Positions 1 through 8,574 of a DNA stretch of 18,193 bases are shown here, in pieces. The stretch lies in NCBI GenBank assembly GCA_048939765.1, contig JBHLPF010000052.1:1-18193 (forward strand), read 5' to 3'. A model generated the notes under the pieces. It was given only the letters and a program-made list of their open reading frames with translations, had not been told where the DNA came from and searched no databases. Made by a program: the position numbers and the translations under genes. The stretch comes from Promethearchaeota archaeon. GTDB taxonomy: Archaea; Asgardarchaeota; Thorarchaeia; Thorarchaeales; Thorarchaeaceae. The first letter of the stretch is position 1. Every line of letters starts with the position of its first letter.

Positions 1-55
1 TCCGCATTCGATCTCGTACTTCACTATCATCGTTGTTTGTTTCATCCGATGTCAT
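1..55 (-). CDS. 5' end of a gene running off the left edge (MTSDETNNDDSEVRDRMR...), product unknown
   Basis: Open minus frame from ATG at 55, with in-frame ATGs also at 67 and 76. GGTGA SD-like sequence upstream and TTTATA at 91-96 on the minus strand. Not in the ORF track. Confidence 0.4.
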   Translation of the reverse strand, partial: MTSDETNNDDSEVRDRMR

Positions 56-450
56 ATTTGTCACCATTATCACCATACGCAACATTTGCATATAAAGTTG
101 ACGATGATGACATAGGTGTCTTGGATATTGACCCCCCTTTCTTTGACGGTTATTGAATAATGAGAGTATTGTTCAATGCGTATGCTAAGAACGATCTGAG
201 AAATCACTAAATCACGACAAGAAGCATTTCGGTTTCGATGCCTATTTGGCTCTCATGTTGTTTCTGCAGACTTTGCTTCTTTCTAATATAAGCCCACAAA
301 TTAGAACACCCAACGACATGATGCCCAAAAGAACCCAGAGCGACTATCAAAAAGCAGTCGCAGTAATACTCATCAGAGGGATTGCGCGTCAAATCCGTGA
401 GGGAATGTTGCTTGAGCAAACACAGTATATACTCAATTCTATTGCTCTGG

Positions 451-2418
451 ATGATACCTCCATCACGCGAAAACACGCCTCCAGAAGCATTCGATGCATT
501 CGAAAAGGGACTGTTAGATGAAAAAGCAGGTCGTTTGGAGAATGCGTTAGAGAACTACGAGCAGGCCGTGGAGATATTTCCCAAGTTCGAAGCCGCATGG
601 ATAAATCTGGCTATGGTCCACCAAGACATGGGCAATCTACATCTGTCAGTTATTGCTTCTCGGAGAGGTCTAGAACATCTTCCAAATAGTAGCGCAATCT
701 GGGGGACTCTTGGCACCTTCTATCTTCAGATTCAAGCTATGGAAGGTATGGCTGAAGAAGCACTTAGAAAAGCCATTGAATGCAACTCTGCGAACAGTAC
801 AGCTGTAGCAAACCTGGGTATTCTACTCGCCAAGACGCGCAGGTATGAAGAAGCTGAACCATTGTTGGCTGAATCCTTAGAAGCTGATTCCGGGGGAATT
901 GCCAGATCCAAAGAATGGGAAGAACACATCCGAGGCCATTTGGAAGCTGTTAGGAGGGAATTACAGATGACTGGCTATTCCAGTGTCAAAGATGAAATAA
1001 CCTCCGAGAAATATGCAAAGGAAGTTGCTCCACTTTTGAGAATCGCAGATATGCATATCAGAAGAGGAGAATTGGCAAAGGCCGAGCAGGTCTACAAAGA
1101 AGCAATTGAGATCAACTTGAACACTGCAGAGATCTGGTTCAAGCTTGGCACCTTGTACTATCAGATGGGAAGGCGATCCGAAGAGAAAGCGGCTTTCAGA
1201 AAAGCAATCGAGATTGACGAGCGTCATGCAGGTGCTCGGATAGACTTGGCCTCAACATTGATCGAAGAGGGGGAGTATGCTGAAGCGGAGAATCTGCTCA
1301 GAACTGTTACACCTGATGTGCCGAACAATCACTTTGCTTGGATGAACCTTGGCAAAGCCCTAATCGCCCAAGGAAAAGATTCGGAAGGAGTAACCGCACT
1401 CAAAAGAGTCATCGAACTTCGTCCAGATTATGTAAATGCCCACTTTCAGCTCGGGAAGGTCTATCTTCGTCGAAATGACCTTCATGAAGCCGAAAATGCC
1501 TTTCGGAATACAATCAAGTATAAACAGGACCATGCAGGCGCCTGGCTTGAGCTTGGAATAGTCCTTGACAACACTGACCGACCGGAAGAAGCAGAAGAGG
1601 CATGGAGAACCGCAATTGAATATGACCCGAATGACGATGCTCCTTGGGTCAATCTCGCCGCTCATCTGACCAGGAGGGGGAGATGTGATGAAGCAAAAGA
1701 AGCCCTTACGAGAGCCCAGCAGATAGCACCAAATGATGAGTATGTGATTAAGGCGGAAATGATGTGGAAGACATTCTGTGGTGGTGGTGCTACCACCGAC
1801 ATTACCGTCAGCACAGAGAAGGCAGATGATCAACACCCGGAATACTCTAAACTGATCAATACTGCGGCAATGATGTTTGACAACGGAGAATTTCATGAGG
1901 CTGAGCAATACTATAGAAGCGCAATAGCATTGGATCCATTAAATCCGGATGGTTGGGGGATGCTAGGGTCAGTTCTAAGAGCACAGGGAAGATTAGAGGA
2001 GGCATATGATGCCTTTGGCAAGGCTCTTGTTGTGTCAACAGTACCATCTCCAACAGTCTTGCTCAACTATTCCGTTCTGCTGAAAGAAATTGGGCAGGAG
2101 AAAGAGGCTGAGAAAGTCTTGAAGCAGCTGACGAAAGAGCACAGAGATTTCGCACTTGGATGGTTTAACTTGGGGAATCTCTATCTAAAATGGAGTAAGT
2201 GGAAAGAAGCGTCCAAGATGTACAAGAAATCACTAGATATGAGTCCGGACCATAAGTTGGTGGCTAAAATAAAGTGGAATATCGGTGTTGCGTTTAAGGA
2301 GATGAAGAAATACAAAGAATCAGAGAAATCACTATTGGAGGCCCTCGAGTTAGATCCATCAAACAACACCATCAGAAGTATTCTTGCCCAGGTCCGTGCC
2401 CTACTGAGAGAAGACTAA
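451..2418 (+). CDS. Tetratricopeptide repeat (TPR) protein, about 16 repeats in three blocks, no evident catalytic domain
   Basis: Recurrent TPR consensus (AWINLA, IWFKLG, AWMNLG, AHFQLG, AWLELG, GWFNLG). Start moved from TTG 382 to ATG 451 because TATATA lies at 426-431 and residues 1-23 of the longer ORF look non-coding. Confidence 0.9.
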   Translation: MIPPSRENTPPEAFDAFEKGLLDEKAGRLENALENYEQAVEIFPKFEAAWINLAMVHQDMGNLHLSVIASRRGLEHLPNSSAIWGTLGTFYLQIQAMEGMAEEALRKAIECNSANSTAVANLGILLAKTRRYEEAEPLLAESLEADSGGIARSKEWEEHIRGHLEAVRRELQMTGYSSVKDEITSEKYAKEVAPLLRIADMHIRRGELAKAEQVYKEAIEINLNTAEIWFKLGTLYYQMGRRSEEKAAFRKAIEIDERHAGARIDLASTLIEEGEYAEAENLLRTVTPDVPNNHFAWMNLGKALIAQGKDSEGVTALKRVIELRPDYVNAHFQLGKVYLRRNDLHEAENAFRNTIKYKQDHAGAWLELGIVLDNTDRPEEAEEAWRTAIEYDPNDDAPWVNLAAHLTRRGRCDEAKEALTRAQQIAPNDEYVIKAEMMWKTFCGGGATTDITVSTEKADDQHPEYSKLINTAAMMFDNGEFHEAEQYYRSAIALDPLNPDGWGMLGSVLRAQGRLEEAYDAFGKALVVSTVPSPTVLLNYSVLLKEIGQEKEAEKVLKQLTKEHRDFALGWFNLGNLYLKWSKWKEASKMYKKSLDMSPDHKLVAKIKWNIGVAFKEMKKYKESEKSLLEALELDPSNNTIRSILAQVRALLRED

Positions 2419-2467
2419 CTCAGAAATTCTGGAGGGTCATTAGAGAATAGGATTCACTCCACAATGA

Positions 2468-3871
2468 CTACCAAGAGTCATCGTATGACCAATGTGCCAT
2501 CTGCTGTTCTACTTCCCGCTTTACCAACATTGTATATGTGCTCAGGACCACAACACGTTGAAGTGGATGTAGGGACGATGGAATTAGGGAATAGACTCCG
2601 CCAGGGACCAGCAGGGAGGAAAAGGATGCGTCACCGCTAGTTGGTTCATGTTTCGAAACGAAGTAGGAAAGAGGTTCGATTCCTATATACTCATGGATGC
2701 CAATCGCAGATTTTCCTACTGGAGCTGGTATTGCATTGCAGGATATTCTCATTCCTCCTGAGTCTTGAAAGATCATCATGAGAGCGTATTTCATATTCTT
2801 CTTATCTGAGAACCTAAAGAATTCGCCTTTGTAGAGAAAATGAACTGCGTCCTCAAGGGTTGACCCGATTGGCAGATACAATTCTGGTCGAACCTTGTAC
2901 TGGTGGATGGTGCGTTCATCATCAGGTTCAGTTTCCATTTCTTCGTATGTGAAAACACCGAACTTCACTTTTCCCCCACTATCAGATTCTAGCAAGTCTC
3001 GGAGCAGAAGCGCATCGGAATGATTCGAGGATATCTTTAGAATCTCATTTATTCCCTTTAGAGCCTCTTTCTTCTTTCCTTGAATTGCAAGGACACGTGC
3101 CAAATTCCAAAGTCCTTGGAGGTTGTCCTTCTCTGATTTTATAATCTTCTTAAGCGATTTCTCAGCCTTCTTATTATCGCCTTCTACGAGATGCAACCTG
3201 CTTATTTGAATAAGTGCTTTGATGGACTCCCTTTCCGTCAGCATATCAATCGCGGTTCTTGCATCTTCATAATCCCCTCCGCCAATCAGGAGGTCTATCA
3301 AGATTAGCAAATCCTCCTCCATATCTCCTCCACCATCAAGTACTTGCTGGATAGTCTCTGCTTCAGGGCGTCCAAGGTTTTGATAGGAGATCTGAAGATT
3401 CGACCACAGGTCTTTACGTGACGGGTCACGAAATACTGCCTGCCGAAATGAGTGAGTCGCCCAGTTGGAATTTCCACTATTGGCCTGCGCAATAGCAAGC
3501 AGATTCCATCCATCTGCTCTTGCATTATCCATCTTTAGTCCCTGTCCAAGCACCTTGGAGGCTTCTTCATACTGTTCGGATTTTATCAGACAATCTCCGT
3601 ACATCATGCTGGCATCATGAAAGAGGGTCTTAATCATCTGCATGGGAAACCTTCCTAAATGTGAAGCACCTTCAGCCTGATTATCAAGATCTTTCTGAAG
3701 TAATTCTATCCCGCTCCTTAGGGATTCAACCGCCTCACCGAACTGCTTTGAATTATAGAGAAGTTCCCCTAGAACCAAATAACCCTGAAATGAGGCAGGG
3801 TCTTGTTCAATCATTTCTTTTGCCTGCTCCAGCGTGAAACGACCGAAGGACGGGCTTTTGTGATTGTTCAT
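2468..3871 (-). CDS. TPR protein with an uncharacterised C-terminal domain of about 170 aa
   Basis: TPR motifs (GYLVLGELLY, GWNLLAIAQ, GLWNLARVLA) over about 300 aa, then a mixed alpha/beta domain. GGGAGGAG SD upstream. Confidence 0.85.
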   Translation of the reverse strand: MNNHKSPSFGRFTLEQAKEMIEQDPASFQGYLVLGELLYNSKQFGEAVESLRSGIELLQKDLDNQAEGASHLGRFPMQMIKTLFHDASMMYGDCLIKSEQYEEASKVLGQGLKMDNARADGWNLLAIAQANSGNSNWATHSFRQAVFRDPSRKDLWSNLQISYQNLGRPEAETIQQVLDGGGDMEEDLLILIDLLIGGGDYEDARTAIDMLTERESIKALIQISRLHLVEGDNKKAEKSLKKIIKSEKDNLQGLWNLARVLAIQGKKKEALKGINEILKISSNHSDALLLRDLLESDSGGKVKFGVFTYEEMETEPDDERTIHQYKVRPELYLPIGSTLEDAVHFLYKGEFFRFSDKKNMKYALMMIFQDSGGMRISCNAIPAPVGKSAIGIHEYIGIEPLSYFVSKHEPTSGDASFSSLLVPGGVYSLIPSSLHPLQRVVVLSTYTMLVKREVEQQMAHWSYDDSW

Positions 3872-4052
3872 CCATTACACTCCTCCCATTAACTCATACC
3901 CATACTACGAAACCAGATTAAATTCATTGTGAATTCAATATAGCAAGAGGGTATTCCTATTCGAGAGTCTCCATCTGTTTCTTATGACTGCAGAGCAGAA
4001 GGAGGAGTCGGCATATCTGACGAGCCATGATGCTCCCTGACTAGTCCCAAGC

Positions 4053-4247
4053 TCACCAGACTATCATCCCTGCTGCAGTTGCATACAACATGAATAGCAC
4101 ACATAAGGCAAATGCGGAGAATATCCGGACGACATTTCTTATCATACCCTCGAATCTCAGTTCAACTACTACCCAAACAAGAAGCAGTACAACCATGACG
4201 ACAATCAGTACCGTGTCGAAAGGAAGTGTAAGACCTAGTTGAATCAA
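4053..4247 (-). CDS. Small two-TM membrane protein, hypothetical
   Basis: 64-aa ORF with a TTG start and two hydrophobic segments separated by ELRFEGMIRN. Confidence 0.45.
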   Translation of the reverse strand: MIQLGLTLPFDTVLIVVMVVLLLVWVVVELRFEGMIRNVVRIFSAFALCVLFMLYATAAGMIVW

Positions 4248-4514
4248 TGATAATACCTCGTATGTCCCATGATACGAGTCCTAAATAAATGGCAATTCAT
4301 ACGCAGAATGCTGCTGATATCGAAAATTGACCCTTGCAGGTTTCCTACAATCCGATGACCAAAGACTATAACTATAGCCACAGTCAGTCCTGTATTAATT
4401 GCGTCTGAGGGGCTTAGCTGAAGTGAAGTTCGCACCTCGCACCGCTTCTCAAATGCCCTCCTAGATAGAGTTGTACCCTCTGCAATTGCATGGGACTCTG
4501 GAGATGAACTACCA

Positions 4515-4598
4515 TTGAATCTGAAACGAATTGCAGTCACTATTATTGGAGTAATCGTTGGAATACTCGTAGTTCTTCTCATAGCATTCTGGATCTGA
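4515..4598 (+). other. 27-aa single-TM micro-ORF or truncated 5' gene remnant (MNLKRIAVTIIGVIVGILVVLLIAFWI)
   Basis: TTG start after GGAGATGA SD-like sequence; basic N-terminus followed by a hydrophobic helix. Below the ORF-track length cutoff. Confidence 0.35.
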
Positions 4599-4739
4599 AA
4601 TTTGAGAATGCCGCTTTTCGGAAAAATGGCGACTAGGACCTGTTGGGGAAAAATGCAGCTGAATCCAATCTTGGCTTTTCATGTTGCAGCGAATACTTCT
4701 TACACTCTCAGGATGTACTTACAAACAATAGTGAGACTA

Positions 4740-5402
4740 ATGGAGAGTTCAGAATTCGGTGATCTTTCCTTGGATTCAGTCGATTCAATGAGAGAATACG
4801 ATAGAAAGACGAGCAGGGCACAAATTCGTGGGGCCATCATGCTCTTCACCCCTGTATTGTTCCTTCCCATAGATATTTTCTTCATCCCTCGGGAGATTGC
4901 AGAAGTGATCTTCTTTCCTGGCCTCATTGCTTCGTTTATGGTTACTTTTGTTGGCATGTACTTCCTTTCCTTAAGATCGGGCTGGAATGCCTATATCTAT
5001 GGAATAAAGGTCTTACAGCGGGTCTCTCCTCCAGAACCCACTATCACCCTAGAGTATGCTGTCATAAAGAGAGAAGACACTTTCATCTTCATCCTACGAA
5101 AAGCTCCATACGGTCTGTATTTCGTGTCCTTCAAGCATGCAGAGCCATCGAATTCTGTAGAGATAGACGTTCCACTGAATTTCTGGAAATGGAGTTCCAC
5201 TCTGCACATATCGGGTCTCCGAATACACGACAGTCACGGGACGTTCTCAATCCCAACACCTGAGGGTAAGATATTTTCGGGAGAAGGAATACTCCTAGCT
5301 GTTCCAATAAGAGGCTCCGCCTACTTTCTGCATGTTCCCGATTTTTCAAAGGATCCTCTACTCGCAGTAGCAGACTATGCAGCTCTTCTTACCTCTGATT
5401 GA
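4740..5402 (+). CDS. Hypothetical membrane protein with 2 N-terminal TM helices and a soluble beta-rich C-terminal domain
   Basis: Track ORF 4602-5402; ATG 4740 (MESSEFG) is the more plausible start. Hydrophobic AIMLFTPVLFLPIDIFF and VIFFPGLIASFMVTFVGMYFLSL. Confidence 0.7.
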   Translation: MESSEFGDLSLDSVDSMREYDRKTSRAQIRGAIMLFTPVLFLPIDIFFIPREIAEVIFFPGLIASFMVTFVGMYFLSLRSGWNAYIYGIKVLQRVSPPEPTITLEYAVIKREDTFIFILRKAPYGLYFVSFKHAEPSNSVEIDVPLNFWKWSSTLHISGLRIHDSHGTFSIPTPEGKIFSGEGILLAVPIRGSAYFLHVPDFSKDPLLAVADYAALLTSD

Positions 5403-5437
5403 GTCCGATTCAACTGATCCTCGAGGTCTGAACCTAC

Positions 5438-6979
5438 TCACCAGAGCCAGAAACCAATGAGCTGCAATAATACTGCCTGCCCGAAGACAAGTATCAACAG
5501 GATGATCTTGTCCCGATTATTCAATTCCATCCTCTGGATGTAAGTGATGACTGGTATCAATAGAAAGGGGAGGAAGAACATACAGATTCTTGCTGTCTCT
5601 CCTTTCTTCGGAGCGCCTGCAAGGAAGAGAAGACTAAGAGCAATTAGAGCTGCGAGGACCAAGTTATACATCTTTGAAGACTCAGTATTCTCTGCTGCAT
5701 CCTCTCTCAGCAGCTTTAATCCCCGATACGCAAGTACTGAGAGGACTGGCCCAAAAAAGATGACTATGTCCAAGACATTCTGAGCCCTGGTCGCAATGTA
5801 TTGGGCAGGGTTTGCCAATAGCATGAATCCATTTGGATTCTCCAAGTAGCTCGCGTAGAAGAACGCATTGATGTAATTGAATCCAAGTGTGACAAGTAGG
5901 AGACCATAGACAGTTCCTACGCTTAGGGAGAGCAAGAGGGGATATTTGATGTGTTGAAATGTTGCTCTCATCCTTTGGATTGCAGTGCCTGCTCTAATCT
6001 CAGAATTAGCGTTAAGCATCTCGTAAATGAAGAGAAAGAAGACCATGAAGACGGATAGAAAGGTGATGAAGGTCAAGAGGAACAGACTCACGACTGTCCC
6101 AACGGCGGAAATTCTGCTATCTGGATGGAGATAGAAGTAAAGGACGCCTAGGACTAAAGTGGCAACAAGGGCGTAGATATTGGCAAGATAGTAGACCTGT
6201 ACTGCTGGAAGTATAAGATACAGGAATACTGCGTATCGAGCAGAGTCATCATCAAAGAACCGCTTCACAATTCCTCGGAGGAAGAAGGCTGATCCAACCC
6301 CTGCTATGATAGAAAGACCAATGGCTATCAGACTGGGATCTCCGAGAATTTGGTAGAGGAAGTATATTGCCAGGACTGCTCCTGGTGGTTGAGTCTGAGC
6401 GTGAAGTGATAGTGTTGGTTGAAGGGCCTCAAAATTCCCAATGAAATCCACAAAGGAATCAATGTTGAGAACATCTGCAAATATCTCGCTTGCTGCTCCA
6501 ATTGTCTGTTCAATGCCAGTTTGCCAACCATGGATCAGATTAGTGGCAATAATCAAGAGAATTCCAACGATAACTATCAGGTAGATGCTTGGACGTGTAC
6601 CTCCCTTTCTGTACATGTATCCAATCGCCAATCCGAAGGCGACAAGAATCCCTATACCAATTGCCAACTCAAGAAGAGATGGAAGTACAAGGTCTCCCCA
6701 AAGTGGCCATATACCCATTGTCATCAGCCCTACTCCAGCTACGGGTGACTGACCAGGCAACCCTCCTATGGGTAAACCTGGTGTTCCTCTTGGAGGTTGG
6801 CCGCCTACAGGTCGCCCTCCAAGAGGTTGGGTTCCAGCAGCTGGACCCGTGAGGAGATAGTAGAGACCAATGATTGCCGCAAGTCCAAACAATGTGAGGA
6901 GATATGCTTTGATATTGTCCTTACTTAGCAAGCGCTCTGAGCTTGAGCGGGTGTCCATTGATTGTTCTTCAGCCGACAT
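5438..6979 (-). CDS. Polytopic GT-C-fold glycosyltransferase-like membrane protein
   Basis: More than 10 TM segments. Loop motif HAQTQPPG followed by a TM helix, ARYAVFLYLILP, and C-terminal KGETARICMFFLPF resemble GT-C family patterns as I recall them. Gly/Pro-rich loop after the first TM. Confidence 0.7.
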   Translation of the reverse strand: MSAEEQSMDTRSSSERLLSKDNIKAYLLTLFGLAAIIGLYYLLTGPAAGTQPLGGRPVGGQPPRGTPGLPIGGLPGQSPVAGVGLMTMGIWPLWGDLVLPSLLELAIGIGILVAFGLAIGYMYRKGGTRPSIYLIVIVGILLIIATNLIHGWQTGIEQTIGAASEIFADVLNIDSFVDFIGNFEALQPTLSLHAQTQPPGAVLAIYFLYQILGDPSLIAIGLSIIAGVGSAFFLRGIVKRFFDDDSARYAVFLYLILPAVQVYYLANIYALVATLVLGVLYFYLHPDSRISAVGTVVSLFLLTFITFLSVFMVFFLFIYEMLNANSEIRAGTAIQRMRATFQHIKYPLLLSLSVGTVYGLLLVTLGFNYINAFFYASYLENPNGFMLLANPAQYIATRAQNVLDIVIFFGPVLSVLAYRGLKLLREDAAENTESSKMYNLVLAALIALSLLFLAGAPKKGETARICMFFLPFLLIPVITYIQRMELNNRDKIILLILVFGQAVLLQLIGFWLW

Positions 6980-7004
6980 TGCAAGTAAAAGTCTTTGAGA
7001 AGAG

Positions 7005-7050
7005 TATATAGTGGTTTACCGAAATCACTCCTGATTATACCCAAATCTCT
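7005..7050 (-). promoter_or_regulatory. Promoter of the GT-C gene: TATA box with upstream phased repeats
   Basis: Minus strand reads GATTTGGGTAT-AATCAGGAGT-GATTTCGG-TAAACCAC-TATATA. The TATA at 7005-7010 is 26 nt from ATG 6979. Confidence 0.55.
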
Positions 7051-7061
7051 CCGGTTTGGGA

Positions 7062-7490
7062 TTAATCAAGACTGATGTACAGGAGTAGACCCAGTGCGAA
7101 TGTTGTGAAAATATCAGGAATCATAGCGAAAGGTCCTAGTCCTTGTGCTTGGTATCCGAATAGAACCTGAACAATTGGATTTGATGTAAGAGCGTACATG
7201 AGAAGGACTAACATGACGATGATAAGTCCCATGGTGAATTGGGACTTGACCTGATGATAGATGTCATAGTATATTGATATCAGTGAGATGATGAGGACAA
7301 CATTCACCAGCGAAACCATGGTCTTGACCTTCAAGTAGATGTCCATCAGAAAGCGGTCCGGCTCAGGAATCGGCGGCGGCGCTGTGTGAGGTGGAAGAAG
7401 CATGAAATTAGCGAGCACAAGTCCTATGACTGCTACAACTACCGCAATCACTGTGATTGTTAGGATCACTGATGTCTTTCTGTTCATCAT
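7062..7490 (-). CDS. Four-TM hypothetical membrane protein downstream of the ArsR-type regulator
   Basis: Four hydrophobic segments and a Pro-rich loop (PPHTAPPPIPEP). Probable start ATG 7490 or 7487, just after the regulator's stop codon; the track start is 7517. Confidence 0.8.
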   Translation of the reverse strand: MMNRKTSVILTITVIAVVVAVIGLVLANFMLLPPHTAPPPIPEPDRFLMDIYLKVKTMVSLVNVVLIISLISIYYDIYHQVKSQFTMGLIIVMLVLLMYALTSNPIVQVLFGYQAQGLGPFAMIPDIFTTFALGLLLYISLD

Positions 7491-7494
7491 CTCA

Positions 7495-7809
7495 TCATCC
7501 TGATTCATCGTTGCCACCTATACCACTTTTCCCAATTTGTGCCCAAATCTCTTCAAAACTCTCGAAGTTTGCATCGATCTCACTTGAGAGATAGAAAACT
7601 GAACCATACCCTTCTCCTTGCTGAACCAAAACTTCATGCTTCATCAAGAATTCGATATGATGTCTGACCGTCTTGTAGTCGAGATTTAGGAGATTCGCGA
7701 GCTGATTGGCATTATACGGTCTCTCATGTAGGAGGTTTATGATTCTGGCTCGGTTTACACCACCTCGTGTGCCAGCAATCAACCACCATAGAAGTCGTTT
7801 CGTATTCAC
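7495..7809 (-). CDS. ArsR-type winged-helix transcriptional regulator (archaeal LWWLIAGTRGG subfamily)
   Basis: LLWWLIAGTRGGVNRARII...PYNANQLANLLNLDYKTVRHHIEFL...GEGYGSVFYLS. Probable GTG start at 7809; ATG 7851 is possible. Confidence 0.9.
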   Translation of the reverse strand: MNTKRLLWWLIAGTRGGVNRARIINLLHERPYNANQLANLLNLDYKTVRHHIEFLMKHEVLVQQGEGYGSVFYLSSEIDANFESFEEIWAQIGKSGIGGNDESG

Positions 7810-7912
7810 CCAATCAGTCAATCTCAACCGATGATTGGTGGGGCTCCTCATCCTTATAGGTTATTATTGAAGGAAATACTAGTCGGGTCTGAATATATAT
7901 TGCAACCCAAGA

Positions 7913-8482
7913 TTACGAATGAATTGTATTCCAAGCAATCTCACATGCCTGCCTGATATTCTCCTCTTCCATCTTGATTATTCCCGCATGATGGTACTTC
8001 AGAAGAGTGATGATGGGGACGTAAGCAAAAGCGGTTAGGATCGGAAGAGGACAGTCCATGATTGTCTTTTCCTTGATGCCCCGTTTCAGTAGGTCATCAA
8101 CTGTTTGAAAGAGCTCGAAGTCCTCCACTCTGATCTTCCTCATCATTGCCGTTTGCTCAAACTGCTCTCGATACGTGAGATACTCTGGGTGCTTGAGGTT
8201 GAAGGTAAAGGAGTGGTACCAGATGGACTTGAAGGTTTCCTCTATTGTCATTCCCTCCTCAATCACCTCTAGTGCACCCTGACTCATTTTGTTTCTAATG
8301 TCGACATACAGCTTGGTGAAGAGATCCTCCTTGTTCTTGAAGTAGATGTAGATGGTTGCTGGAGAGACCTTCGCATTCTTCGCAATCTTCGAGATAGAGA
8401 TACCATCAATGCCTAGCTTGTTTGTCAGATCAATAGTTGCTTTGACAATCGAGTCGTATTTTCTCTGGTCACGTGTCCTCAT
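7913..8482 (-). CDS. TetR/AcrR-family transcriptional regulator
   Basis: N-terminal HTH: GIDGISISKIAKNAKVSPATIYIYFKNKEDLF. Confidence 0.95.
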   Translation of the reverse strand: MRTRDQRKYDSIVKATIDLTNKLGIDGISISKIAKNAKVSPATIYIYFKNKEDLFTKLYVDIRNKMSQGALEVIEEGMTIEETFKSIWYHSFTFNLKHPEYLTYREQFEQTAMMRKIRVEDFELFQTVDDLLKRGIKEKTIMDCPLPILTAFAYVPIITLLKYHHAGIIKMEEENIRQACEIAWNTIHS

Positions 8483-8508
8483 TGTGAGCTATTGCGTATC
8501 AAGAAAAA

Positions 8509-8557
8509 CATATAAATGAATGCTCATTCACTTATTGGTAAGTGAACGTTCATTCAC
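8509..8557. promoter_or_regulatory. Divergent promoter with two tandem palindromic operators (putative TetR sites)
   Basis: ATAAATGAATGCTCATTCAC (8512-8531) and GTAAGTGAACGTTCATTCAC (8538-8557) are 16/20 identical near-palindromes. The first overlaps TATAAA at 8511-8516. Confidence 0.75.
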
Positions 8558-8574
8558 TAATGGAGTTGATTCAC

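Noticed and set aside
207-598. ORFs 207-476, 246-521 and 389-598
   Set aside because: They overlap the TPR promoter and start, and show no recognisable motifs or translation signals.
451-3871. TPR pair as a defence or cell-death system (CHAT/caspase, NLR-like)
   Set aside because: No protease, NTPase, TIR or nuclease motifs were found, and the genes are convergent rather than operonic.
3807-3875. Alternative ATG at 3875 (MDEQSQKPVLRSF...) implying a frameshift into the TPR gene
   Set aside because: ATG 3871 already gives an intact ORF with acceptable SD spacing, and there is no canonical slippery site. Checking the reads would settle it.
4596-4598. In-frame TGA as selenocysteine or readthrough joining the micro-ORF to the 4602-5402 ORF
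   Set aside because: No redox motif context and no recognisable SECIS. The intervening residues look non-coding, and ATG 4740 is a good independent start.
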